DNA of 64,000 bases from Antedon mediterranea (taxonomy: Eukaryota > Animalia > Echinodermata), in NCBI RefSeq assembly GCF_964355755.1, contig NC_092680.1, positions 8,060,001 through 8,124,000 of the forward strand, read 5' to 3'. Position numbers and translations under genes: made by a program. Shown piece after piece: positions 14,701-28,000 of the stretch. The notes beneath the pieces are model-generated. The model did not search any database. It saw only the letters and a list, made by a program, of their open reading frames with translations, and was not told the DNA's origin. How positions within the stretch are numbered: the stretch's first letter is position 1; each line of letters opens with the position of its first letter.

Positions 14701-17700
14701 AAATTTAGACCTTTCAGTCCTTTACATCAGCGGCACTTTACATACTGGTATGACAAAAAAAACATGCATTATAGAACATTATTAAACAAAATATTGTCAG
14801 GCGACAAAAATTCACTAATTATGAAACGTACCTAGAAAGAAATATTTAAACCTGGCAATTTTATCAATAGATAGTCATGTGTTTTCACCATAGGTAAGAA
14901 GGGCCCAATACTTTTATAAAGCAAAAACGTATTTGTATAAATACAATTTTATTATCAAGTGTAGTATCTGTCCTTGTCCGTCTTAAAAATCTTGTAAATA
15001 GCATGTGAACTTTTATCTTAAATAATTAATATTATTGGTCAGTTTATAGACAGTAGTCTGTGTATTTCATATTAGCTATCAGTACTGGGTAGACTACTGT
15101 CTTCATGCACATCAAGGGTTAGACTTGTCCATGACCCTATCATTCTTAATATGTAATAGCTAATTTCAACTTATCCTACTGTAGGATTGTTGCTACAGGG
15201 TTTTTTTTCACTCCCCTAGGTTTCGGCGCATCGGTGCCAATCCATTATACTGTATGAACAATCCTGTAACCTTGTGTCTAAAATGTAGTCCAGTGTGAAT
15301 GAGGTTTTAAAAAACTACTGTACAGTTTTACATCTTTTTTACGCCATTGGCTACTACTGTAGCCATATGTATTGTAGGTGAAGCACTTGCTAGAGAAAGT
15401 GAACCTTCTATTTGTGTTACAGTTCCTTTTTACTGATATATTGTACTGTAACAAGTTGGACCAATCGGACAAAAGCATACCATACAATATTATGCATACA
15501 GTAAACATACTTTACTGAACATAAAATATACCTATTTAATACTCAACCGTTTTTAGTTTAAATATGGTATTTATATCAATACTTTCACATACAGAACCTC
15601 AATATCAATGTAATACTAATACCACCACAATATTTATGAACATTTCTAAAATATCAATTTTTTATTCTTTGTTTAGGTTATCCATTAGAACCAGTAGTAA
15701 TGGAATTATTTCAAAAATATGATTTAATACGAACATTTCGTCTGGATTCAGTTCAGTTGCGGCGTTGTATAGGTAAGTGTTTGATGTTATTTAATTAGTT
15801 TCAAACAATTGTAATAAATACTATATTGGTTAATACTTAAAGATGTATTGTCCCCCAAAACATGAAAAATGAAGATTTATTTAAATCAGACTTTGAATAT
15901 GTTATTTTGTAGTTTTAATAAAGTTAATCACTTCCATAGAAAAAAAAAATAATAATGTTTTCACTTACAAAATTACAAAATAAATAGTTAAATTCAACCA
16001 AAAATACATTGGCTGACAGCCAATTTGACCAATTTTTTCTTTAAATTACATTTTTTTCAGGTAAATACATTTTTTTTCGATCCAATTTTTGGTCAAAGTG
16101 GATAACTATTATGTTACATTGAAATAGAATATTCAACAACAATTATTTTTTCAGGGGGACAATACATCTTTAATAACATTGAATTAAAACAAATTTTCAT
16201 AATTTGGATTTGAATCAAATATATACTGTATAATAAAAAAACATGAACATTTGTGTAATGTCTTCTACTGCCCCTGTTTAAACACGACTGTGTAATATAA
16301 TTAATTCAAAATGTTCAATCCTAGTGTCTATAAGCCGCCAATTTACGCTTTGATGTGTAGTCTATTGACCTTAATATACTAAGCTAGTTAATTGAATGAG
16401 TTCTTGTTGTGTTTCGAAGGTCTTCGCTTATTCAGCATAATCAGATGTCATCACAAAATTCATACACTGTTTTCTTATTTTCTCCATCACAAGATGCATG
16501 AATACTTCTTGGGAAAATTTAACTTAGCGAACTTGATACTGTTGGTGTTGAATTCAAAAACTAACATTATTACATTTTCTGATGCCATTTGCCAATGTGC
16601 AACAACATGAACTTTACTGATATGTTAGAAAGAAGGTTTTGGATGATTAAATACTGATCTGACAAATTCCTTAATGAGATTTTGAGAGCTCTTTCTAATT
16701 ATTTAATGTTTTTAAAATAAGAGACTGTACTAAACTAAGTAAGTTCATAATTAAAAAACAATACATTCAATAGAGTTAACCCTTTTAATGTGATTTTCTA
16801 GTTAAATTAAAGATTAATCTACTGACAATAGCGCAATCTTATATAACACAATTATATAAACGCAAGTTTATCAAAAGCAATACCCTATTGCACACAAATT
16901 ATTACTTAGTTTAAAAACACCTGTTATAGATAATATTAAGAAGTGTCTGGGTATTTCTATGTCATAGTAAATTTAACAAGGAATTCTCTCATACTTGACT
17001 AAACTAAAAACACTGGCATAAAATATTCTGAAAACAAATAGATGTGAGTTTCTAATTGAGAATGCAGCATTTGCTTTTCATAGTATATTTAATGATACTC
17101 ATATAATTATTAATAATGTATTGAAATCATGTATTAATTTTATTATGGTTTGCTGGTAAGCAGATGCTTTGCCTACTCTAGGCTACCATTAAATATACGA
17201 CAATGCTGTGAATGTACAGTACAATATCATAAAGTAAAGTGCGTGGGTGATATGGATAAATGCACGAAAATCTTGTGAATAAATAAAATATTAGATTTTT
17301 CTTAGGCATTACATAATAAAATAATAATAATAGAATGATGGCCACCTACAGTAGTAACTGTATATTAACCAGGAAGGATTAAAATAAATATTTATACAAA
17401 TGTGAATGGTTGAATTTAATAACCTTGAAAAAAAATAAAATGTTGCAGTTTTTTTTATAATACATGGTAATTTTACATTTTCTCAAAGTGGATGTAGGCG
17501 TATGTGAGATGATTGCTTGGGTCACTATACTGTACTTCTTGCTTACAATTTGTTACAGACTTAATAAGATGTTAAAAATGAAGTATGACAGTACTGTGTT
17601 GATATAAATAATACATTTTCAAGAAACAAAATAATGTTGCCAATGGTAGTGGATATGGTTATTCTAGCTTCAATGCGAGTGGTACATACATAACATACAT

Positions 17701-20700
17701 TATCATAAATAAAGCCATCAAAAAGGTGTTTTTACATTGATATTCTGTGATGATTTTTTATACAAGTGCCATTTATGAGATTTTTTTTATTGTATTTATT
17801 GCTCATAAGGTGTTTAAACTGTTATTCATTTCCAAGAGAAATTAATTTGTCCGATTTTAACAAATTAAACGAACCTTGTCTCATCATACCTGAGCCCATC
17901 CCAGATTTACACTTTTTTGTTTTATCATCAAAATGGTAATGAGTTGGGTTTGCAATATCATTTTTAATTCACTTAATTATTTATAGTTACCTCTAAGTAA
18001 TACTCTAATTATTTATTCCGATATAAAATACAATTTAAAGAAAATTACATTAAAAAAACACATTTTAAAACTATATGAAATACATTAAACAATAAAAACT
18101 AATAATATTTGGGATCTTCAAAGTAGTGGAGCTGTGAAAATGGCTTGTTTGCATCGCATTGGATTTTGGTTAAATTTCCTGGAGTAATGCACTATAAAGA
18201 CAATCATTATTATAATTAAAAAATAATAATAATAATATGTAAATTTGTTTTAGGTTTAATTCATAGAGGATACCATGGTAAGAACCCATATCATAATGCT
18301 ACACATGCAGCAGATGTAACACAAGCAATGCATTGTTACATCAGTGATCCCAAGGTAAGATATATGACCATTTTACTTATTATTAAGTATACAGTAGGGT
18401 TCAACCCACATGATTTTAGTTTGTTTTAATGTAAAAAATTGACTGCGATTAGACAGTAGAGTGTGTATCCACATGGTACACTGTGATATTTCAATTATTG
18501 TACAGGCTTAAAATTATGCATGGTCTTTCAGTAAATGATATTGTTTTCAACCATAATCATCCATCCAAATCCTCAACACACATAAATATCTCTTTATTTT
18601 TAATATTTTGTGGACAATTTTCAATTTCAATGAAGAAAACACATTTTAGCCTGTCATCATATGACGTTCACAAATATCAAATGTTACTGTAACCACACAA
18701 TGATTATGAGTAGGCACCTGAATTCAGTTCTACCATAAAAACTATAGATAGTCTTTTACACAAGACTATTAGTTGTTTTTTCTAGTTAATGACAATTTGT
18801 TTCAGAAAGTGAACTTTTCTAATCCAAAATCCAATTTATGTGATTTGTACATACTGTACAGTATTAGAATAGAAATGTATCCCACAATTGATGTGGTTTG
18901 TACATACTGTACAGTATTAGAATAGAAATGTATCCCACAATTGATGTGGTTTGTACATACTGTACAGTATTAGAATAGAAATGTATCCCACAATTGATGT
19001 GGTTTGTACATACTGTACAGTATTAGAATAGAAATGTATCCCACAATTGATGTGGTTTGTACATACTGTACAGTATTAGAATAGAAATGTATCCCACAAT
19101 TTTGTAGATGATGTGAGTCAATGCCACTAATATTGATACTGTTATTCTCTTTTAGCTTTTTGAAAACTTGCAACCAATTGAAATCATGTCGTCATTGCTA
19201 GCGGCAACGACACATGACCTTGACCACCCTGCTGTCAATCAGGTATTCCTTATCAACTGCAAACATCATTTAGCATCTCTTTACAAGGTAAGTCTCAAGA
19301 CTTCTAGGGTATGTTCTGATCTATTTCATATCATAAAGCAAGCTCACATGATTAGCATCGTATTAACAGCAAAGTGTTCAAACTCGATTTTATAACGCGT
19401 TCTAAAATGTCATAGTGAACATCCGTTTTGCAAGAGCAAATTTGATTGGTAGAGGTCAAAATCTTTGATGCATGACTTTCATTTCGTAAGCAACGTACAC
19501 TAATCTTATATCATGGGCTTTGTAACGAACGAAAGGTCATTGTCGTGAGTGGCTTAACCAATCGAGTTAATCAGGAACGTACCCGGAACAAGTATCGTAA
19601 AAAAGGACCCTATAGGTTCCTACCAACCTTGTATATTATTGTGTTGTAATTAAATTAAAATTTAATTTTTCAGAATAATTCTGTACTTGAAAATCATCAT
19701 TGGCGATCTGCAATATCTCTCATACGCGAATCTGGTGTTTTTGACCATCTGAAAAAATCAGAGTGGTAAGTAAAATGTTACCAAACTTGTAAGAATTGGT
19801 GAAGTATATATTTGAAAACTGTGTATTTTTTAATACATCTTTGATAAATTACATATGTCAACAATTCAACAAAAAAACAAATGCAATTCATTAAAACATA
19901 ATACATATTATTAAAATGAATGAATATTAAATTTGTAAATAGTTAAATGCAAATGTTAATATTTGATAACATTCGCCCATGAATGACATTTAGTAAAGCA
20001 ATAGGAAACTATGTGTTTTCCAAGAGACAAATAATCAAACCCTTCACTTGAAAACAATGAATTTGAAACTACTGAATACTTAAAATAATTATTATTCACT
20101 TGTATTTCATTAAAGCCATAATAAACTCACGCCTTCTAAAACGATATGACCACTTTGAGTCAAGTTGTTCTAAAAAATGGCTGTAAATTGTTAGCCGTAT
20201 ATTTGATTACCCACAGTAGACATTTGAGATTATATTGCGTCTACATATCTGCAACGTTTATGAAACGAAGCGATCTCCCTATGCCTGTTTGTTACATCGT
20301 TACAGCCATAAAATCAAGATAACAGCCATTAAATTCACGTCTAGTATTGCAATCATTCTAGTATAACAGGGTAGCGATGGTTAAACAAATAGCTTGCTAG
20401 TAATTTGACTTAAGTGTAGTAAATCTTAAGAAGCTTTCACTAAGCTTGAAAAGCTCATAAATGTACGTGACTCATCAATTTATCAGAAAATGGTCAGTAA
20501 AAACAAAACAAAAAAGGTTTTTTTTTAATAATACAAGGATATGAAGTTATTTTTCACCCCACAAATGATGTAGGGGTTATAATTCTTAATTAAGTCAAGA
20601 TTTCAAGATAAAAAAAACATGTTTTGTTCATTCATACTTTCTCTATTTACATGTTTATATTGTTATTTTCTCAGGGATACTATAGTTGGTTTTATACGTG

Positions 20701-23700
20701 AACTAATATTAGCAACAGACATTGCACGACAAATGGAATTTATTGAGAAGTTTCAGGTAAAAGGATGTGTGCATGATGTTGTTATTTTTTATTTTTCCTC
20801 TATGTTAAGGGAAAAAACATTATTTCCAAAATTACATAAATTAATCATTATAGAGGGTGCTCTGTAACATATGCCACATTGACACAGCTACAAATAGTAG
20901 GTAGTTAGCTGAATTGTCAATGATAGTGAAAGCAGAGCTTAGGATCTTATTATGGTCGGGTTCAAATCCCATCAATACCGTTGTATTAGTGCTATTGCTA
21001 AACAAACCAACACAATTGCGTGAGTGAGTGGCCGAGCGGTTGAGACAGGTGAACCGTAATTACGTAGCCATAACATCGGCAAGGGTTCGAGGCTCACTCA
21101 CTCCATGGTTCTGGTGGTAGAACGAGTCTTCTCGGATAGGGACTATAAACCGTAGGTCCAGTGTACACAACTAGCTCATGTGCACTTTAAAGAACCTAGT
21201 ACATCTTTCGAGACGAGTAGGGGGTTACCCCGGTGTATTAGTACATCACAGCCACTGATCACCAACTGGGCCCTCTGGGAGATCAGTCTTTGACTGAAGA
21301 GGTCACCCAGTATAAAAATGAACTAACTAACATATTATATACAGTAAGTCTTGATTGAAATGAATATCCTAAAAAGTAAAATATGTAATTTCGTTAAGCC
21401 TAAATATATATTCCACCATCTTATAATCTTTTAGTACTAAGTACAACCTTCTCCATTTATAATCTAATTGAAGGCTAAATATATCTGTCAAGTGTTAGGT
21501 ACACCTTCCTCCCTTTATAATCTACCACCATCGCATACATCTACCAACATCGTATAATCGGTATACTTCTAAGTACACAACTTCCCATCTATGAAGGAGC
21601 AACTACACTCACTTGTAATTTGTATATTTACTGTAAACATGCAATCCTACATACAATTTTGTTTTTATTAATATATTATAATGAATTAAGCATTAAATAT
21701 ATATACACACTTTTATTTTTCATTGATGAGAGCCACTCCTTAATATTACAAAAACAATCCCAAATGATTCAGTGTTCCGTCACACCCATACTTCAAAACA
21801 ACCTACTAGATGTTTGCTTAAACTCAATCCAATACTGATGATTAACTTCTTGATTTATTCATGAATATAATAGAAAGTAATTGATATGTGTGCAATATAA
21901 AAACTGTCTCTTAGATGACCACCACTTGTCATTCAGTTTGTTCAACATTCATATTCTGACAGGAATTTTTAATTTATTGCTCAAATTGAGATAAAGAGTC
22001 TAGTTTAATTATAAAGTGATCGATAAAAAATATTGAACTCTATGTCACATCAAACTAAAATAAAAGATATTAATAATCAACCAGCCTTTGAGTTTGGAGA
22101 AACATATAAAAAAACATTTAAATGTTATGAAGTAAACGGTCATGTAGTTTACAGAACATTACACTTTTACTTCATCACATTTAAACAAAAATATAAAAAA
22201 TTCATAATTATTTTGTCAACGCTGAAATTAATTTTAATTACAATGATTAATTTTACTCCGTAGAAACATCTCGATCAAAAGACTTTGCAGTTAAGAACGG
22301 ATCCTAGTCATCGTCTATTCATTTTGCAAGTGAGTAATTACAGAGTAATTACATACTAGAGTATTATGTAATGAAAGAAAACTGTAGATTTCTTATTTGC
22401 TTCTAGAGAGGGCGACATTTAATATATATGAATCAAAAACTGTTTAGATTTAATTTAAATGAATATGAATGAATATATTCTCTGAGGCTATCCTAATATC
22501 GGACACATTTGAGCTGGCCAAAAAGTCTGGTTTTTGTACTTTTAATCGTAAATAGAATTGAGACTTTTTTTCTGGTATTGGGAGAGTTGACAGTATATGG
22601 TGCTACTGGATAAACTTCTTTTTATGTATACTGTATTTGTAAAAGAAATAAACCCCTCAATACACTTCATCATACAGTATAGTAATGGATGGAATGATAT
22701 TGCCATTAAATTCAATAATTTGTAATTCAATTTCAGGCATTCATTTATGAAACTGTACACGCTTTTGTCTTTAGATTGCTCTTAAGTGTGCAGATATTTG
22801 CAATCCATGTCGGAAATGGCAAGTTAGCAGTCAATGGAGTCGTATGATTGTTAAAGAATTTTTTGGTCAAGGTAAATATTTTTTAGTATGCTAAGAGGTT
22901 ATGTTACTATTTTATATAAATATTGATAATAGAATGAAACTCCTTAGTAATATAGGCACTAAATACTTTTTAAATGTATTTACTGCTCTTCATTATCCTA
23001 CAGTATGCGATGGGTGTAGAGATACAATAATTCATTTCCATTACCTTACTATGTGCTATTTCCATTTACCCTATGTAAGATATAAAAATATATTTCTTCA
23101 TCTCGAATATATGTTGTTATTACATCTTATACCTCACGTTTTACTCATACTATCATATTTGAACTATTCACTTGTAGGTGATCAAGAAAGAAAGCTTGGA
23201 TTTAAAGTATCAGAACTTAATGATCGAACTAAAAATACATGTGCCAAAATTCAAGAAGGTAATGTTGTTTCATTGATAAAGAACCACCATTATAAATAGT
23301 TAATTGTTTTGGGTGTTACACAGCAGTTAAAGCTTGGTTCCCACTTGGAAACACAACACACTGCAAGGACGTAAACGCAAAGTTATTTGACCAATCATGA
23401 TATGAAGGATAATCCAAACTTCTGCCTGGGATTAGGTTCTTGTGTTGCATCCATGTGCGAACTAAGCTTAAACCATACCAAATTAAGGCACATATTTATA
23501 AAATGTTTTTTTTTTTAACCTTTTAGGTTTTATAAAGTTTGTTGTTGAGCCATTGTTCAAGTTATGGTGTCGTTTTCAACCCAACCGGCTATCAAAGTAT
23601 ATGTTGGAAAATACACATAATAATCTGATGAGATGGATTGAAATCAAACAAAATGAAGCTGATAGAAAAAATAAAACATTGAAAGAAAATGAAGAAGTTA

Positions 23701-25058
23701 AACGTGAAGTAAACGTAAGAAATGAAAAGGTTGAGAACAAAGGAAGTCAAAAGGAAACAATTTGCAACGGCCATGTTGGAAAATTGAATAGTAAAGGAAC
23801 TGAACATGAACACACAAAAGCCAATCAGGGAACAAAACATGAACTTCAAACGCAACAGTCAAAAGACTCTATGACTCAAACTTCAACGTGCAATTCAGAC
23901 TCCAAAGCTACGCAAACAAATCCTCATGTCCTAAAACCAACATTACCCGCAAAGCAACATTCAGCAGATGAAGTGCAAACTATTGGTTTAAGTAGGAATG
24001 CAGAGTCATCAACCTCTAGCCTGCAATTGACAAATTCTTTAAGAACTAACTCTGAGGAGATCATTAATTTAGATACAGGCTTAAACACTTCTAAATTATA
24101 CCTACCACTAGAACGTAAACGTAGCAACACAAATGTGAGTTTGCACAGGGACTCCTCAACTATTTTACCTCTTCGTTTACCGAAGAAAACTAGTATGCAT
24201 CCTATAAACAAAACTTTCGAGGACCCATGGCGTCGACGTGATATGGAACAGGATACCTATCAGTTTCAAGGACTAAATAACAACATTGTTAGTAAATATT
24301 CACCAAACGCAAAGCCTGATAGTAAGCCTTGTGTATCATTCAATTTAACCCCTCAGTCACCTTCACATATGAACTCTAGAAGTAGCACATTTAGTTCTCC
24401 ACCCATGGATTATTTACGAAGTAGCCCAAGTAATTTAGGCTCTCCTGCTATTAAGAAAAGAATGCATCAGTTTAACATACGTAGAGGACTTGATATGCGA
24501 TTTCAAGGTTTGTGAATTTATTTTGTATGTTATTTTCTTGGTGGTAAATTGCGTGGGTCATATGTTGTCAGATATCGAGATTTTTTTCCATAACAAATGA
24601 AAATTCAAGACTTGGTTTATGTTGAGCATCTGTAAATGTCAGTGAACATTATTACCATCTTTAACGATATCGAATAAATTCCCTTCTGGTTAACAAACAA
24701 AATGGTAAACTATTTATACAAACACAATATATGTTTTTACAATAACAAAACAACTTTCCCAGTTAAATGAATGAAGAATTTTCAACTTTTTCTATTTATT
24801 TTAGGTGATTTATCTCCTAGACCGAGAAGAAGAGGCGAATATGGCTATCTGGGTGCATTTGAGCCCCTTGTTCAACAGTTTGCTTCAGATCAGAGGCGGA
24901 AAGTAGAGGAATTTCAACAACAACGGAAAGACCTATCTGTTTCATTACGGTCAAATTACAGTAGCAGTCCAAGTAGAGGGACTGATATCTTACAAACGTC
25001 AAGAAATGGACGAGCAGGAAGCGGTGTTAGAACATTGAACTTAAATCAAAGTTTATAG
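2774..25058 (+). CDS. PDE7: cAMP-specific 3',5'-cyclic phosphodiesterase 7 (PDE7A/B-like), multi-exon; first exon not identified in the window
   Basis: Phase-consistent GT-AG exons: 2774-2834 ([21 protein letters not shown], cf. PDE7A RRGAISY...YIRMLG), 4450-4557, 5206-5372, 9727-9790 (LGNWDFDIF), 15677-15772, 18254-18354 ([23 protein letters not shown]), 19156-19287 ([14 protein letters not shown]), 19674-19765 ([11 protein letters not shown]), 20675-20756 ([10 protein letters not shown]), 22264-22329, 22775-22871 ([12 protein letters not shown]), 23178-23258 (GDQERKLG...KIQEG), 23527-24507 ([10 protein letters not shown] plus long S/T-rich tail), 24805-25058 (stop). The PDEase_I catalytic motifs are present in order. 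Confidence 0.93.
4780..4965 (-). mobile_element. Partial inverted copy of the 6576-7202 element family
   Basis: The reverse complement matches 7010-7195 (e.g. atgcattgcgcgctgattgatatt vs aatatcaatccgcgcgcaatgcat; aaaatgtgaaaaataag vs cttattttttcacatttt). Confidence 0.7.
6576..7202. mobile_element. Non-autonomous DNA transposon with TTAA target site (Kolobok-like)
   Basis: ttaa|agaccccttccctgc ... gtagggaatggggct|ttaa: 12/15 TIR match, TTAA on both sides, AG...CT termini. Related copies lie at about 4780-4965 and 63590-63955. Confidence 0.7.
10757..13990. repeat. Intronic satellite: about 32 near-identical 69-bp units followed by about 15 more diverged 61-bp units
   Basis: Unit A gcagggtggaaaaaccatatgatgagtgacagaaccctgggttgctgggtggaagaactaaagcattat (69 bp) runs to about 12963. 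Unit B gcagggtggaaaaaccatatgatgagtgacagaaccttaatgcaagatgccaaagcattat (61 bp) follows. The array lies between PDE7 exons 9727-9790 and 15677-15772. Confidence 0.97.
15841..16169. mobile_element. MITE with TTAA target site duplication (Kolobok-like)
   Basis: ttaa|agatgtattgtcccc ... ggggacaatacatct|ttaa, a perfect TIR of at least 15 bp. Confidence 0.88.
18844..19101. repeat. 53-bp minisatellite, about 4.9 identical copies
   Basis: tttgtacatactgtacagtattagaatagaaatgtatcccacaattgatgtgg starts at 18844, 18897, 18950, 19003 and 19056. Confidence 0.95.
21018..21331 (+). mobile_element. tRNA-derived SINE
   Basis: Head gtgagtgagTGGCCGAGCGGttgag (A box) ... aagGGTTCGAGGCtcactcac (B box, closing an acceptor-like stem with gtgagtgag). 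A body of about 230 bp and an (aact)n tail follow. GC-rich relative to the intron. Confidence 0.8.
23331..23468. mobile_element. Short hairpin MITE (same family as 61252-61398)
   Basis: agcttggttcccacttgga ... tccatgtgcgaactaagct are inverted ends. The internal gacgtaa-cgca...tttgaccaatcatga segment is shared with 61252-61398. Confidence 0.65.
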
Positions 25059-28000
25059 CATGAGAAGAAAGGTTTAGTAAATCAATGATGGGGAAACCAG
25101 TTCAGTCTAGTTGGATTTGTTGTAACCTGTCTAAACTGGTTTGAACTAGTACAGTATAAATTTCACATCAAACTGAAAAATTATATAAATGGGAAAATAT
25201 ATTTATCAAGAACTTGTGCCTTTGGCAGTATTGTGAACAAGTAGAAATTTACAGGACTATACTACTATAAATTCAAGCGAAACAAAAGAAAGTATTTATT
25301 GTTAAGAGACTATTCTAAATTGTTGGTCTTTCTATTCTTCAAGATGTAAATATTAGACAGGAGTTTGTTTTTTTATATACATTTTTGTATCAAAAAGAAT
25401 CAGACCATGGAAGTAGAAATCTATGACCTGAGGTACTGGTTAATGGGATAAATTTCAAATGCAAATGTACTGCTATTTTTTAATTCCTTATGATATACTA
25501 AATGCTTTATCTTCAATAATTTAAAACCACCATTTTATAAAAACTTGAGTTTTAGCCCACCAAACTTTCTGTAGCCTTTAAAATACATGAAACAATGTAA
25601 TTTTAATGCCAAATTTTGGTTTAGATTAATTAATGATGGTTAAAGACAAATTTCTTTTTTCTTTATTTCACAACCAAGAGTGCAAGGCACCAATTATAGA
25701 TTGATGATAATAAAACATATTTAAAAGCACTAAGGTAAAATTTATATAATAAAATTGTTCACAATACACTTAAATTATAAAAAAAGGTGACATCAGTGTA
25801 GTTTGTCACTTGACCCCCTATTGTTGAACGAAAACATAAATTAAGGTCTTCAATCACCATGCAAACTTTTAAGCAATATTAATATTATTTTATTTGCTTT
25901 TTGCTGAATTTAACAGTTTAACACTCATGTTTTTTTTTAAATGGGTAATTCCACATACAAAATTATTGTTAGAAAATATCAAATTATTATTTAATTATCT
26001 GTTTATACAAATTCAATGTGATTATCAAATTACCTCAAACAATATTCACAAACACACTTTGTATTTAAATCTGAATGTCTTTCAGTTGACTGTAGTACAG
26101 TAGGTTATGTCTGTATCCACTGTGTATCCTGGAACATGATTTTTAATTGTGCATTTGCTGCTTCTCATGTGATTAGATATTTTCTTTAAGTAATGAATAG
26201 TCTGTGTACATGTTCAGGGCTACATAAAGATGCAATAGGATTATTTATACATTCCAGTTGTAAATACCATACTTATTATAATTAATTGTTCAGCAAATTG
26301 CCTTCAAGTTATTATTAGTTTATGTAATAATGAATAATAGTGTATCTACTTTCATATAATTGATATGAATAATTCACATATTTATATAAAATTACCAGTA
26401 TATTTATGTTAATATGTAAATATAAAAATAAGTTATTTCTCATAAGTTGTTATTTAAGGGAATAGAACTGCAGTATTTATGCTTAAAAATTTTAACTTTG
26501 ATTTCTCCTTTTTAATTGAATTTATGATTATATACAATTTTGATTTGCAAGTTAAAACATAAATAATCATTACAATTGAATTCATTCAATACAAAGCTAT
26601 ACTCTTAGTTTGGAAGAGTGAGTTATGTCACTCAGGCTTGCCTACATTAATGTTACATAAACAATATCACCACTGGTATCTAAACTAAATCATGGGTTTA
26701 AAAAAGTATAACAAAGAGTGGGTGCTGGGTTGAAATAGGTAAAAGGCTTTACTGAGAATTTACTTGTTAACCCTGCCAACCTCCAACCATCACAACCTCA
26801 TCCTTTAATAAGATTCTTGGGGAATTAAATTATAAATCAATAATCATGATTAATACAAATATTAGCACAATTTGAATAGATCTAGAGGCGGTCTCATGAA
26901 AGTAGGTGTTTGGTCCCGTTCATATATACTGTAGGCCTGAGCTGGCGATTACGAATTACCACAGCTATTGGTAAAAGGGGAAATAGTTTGCCTTTTACGA
27001 TTAAAAGGGGAAAATAGTTTGCTAATGTCATTCCTAGAAATATTATTAGCCCACTTTAATGTGATTTGTGATGGAATACAGTCATGACTTGCAAAGTAGT
27101 AATTTTAGGATTTAACAATGTTCCACAAAATCCATTGATTTTAACAAAGGTTTATATTGTTTACAAAAATGGAAACAAGCACGATGTTGTTAGTGATCCA
27201 TTTGCACACCAACACGTCATTGCCAAAAAAGAAGATTGCCTGCATATCTTTATGTTTGACAAAGTATTTTAGCCATTAATCATAATAAATCCATATTCAA
27301 TATTATGGTTTTATTTCCAAATGTCAGTGGTTATGTATACACATAATACCTCTTTGATGATAAACATAAATTCCATAATATGCCGACAAATATATTGACA
27401 TTACAATATTTATTTTTAATAGGTTTGAAATATGGTTAACAACACTGATAAACAGTTTTGCATTGAAATACATTAAAATAATTGGTACAATTTTAATAGA
27501 AATATACATCTATTGTCTATTTTATTTTTTTGAATAAAGTATTTGAATATTAATAACCACCTAGATTTTTTGATGTATGTTTTTGTATTTATATAATTAT
27601 AATAATGATTAAATTTTCTATTAAATATATAGCTATAAATAATATAGTGACTATGGTACCCACCCATATTACAGTTGATAATGTTATACTGATTAATATT
27701 TTTTATCTTTAGATATTTATTTTTGCTTATTATATTTAGTTTAATGACCAAATAAATGTGCAATTTATGAATATTATTTCCATGGTAACTAGCTGATTGT
27801 CAGTTAAACTAGATAATTACCTGTTCCTATTGGCTAATGGCTAATAAGCAGGCTATGCTATTGGCTAATGTATTAATAGCCAATAGACAGGTCATTTCAT
27901 TGGCTAATGAAGTACTATTTAAAGCCATAATTATTGGTTAAATAGTTAAATTTAATACACTTAGCTAATTAGTATAAGTTATTATATTGGCTAATAAAGA

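Noticed and set aside
21018-21105. Functional tRNA gene
   Set aside because: A and B boxes are present, but the anticodon/variable region does not form a canonical cloverleaf by eye and it continues into a SINE body and simple-repeat tail. A second degenerate head at about 20900-20975 is also not a tRNA.
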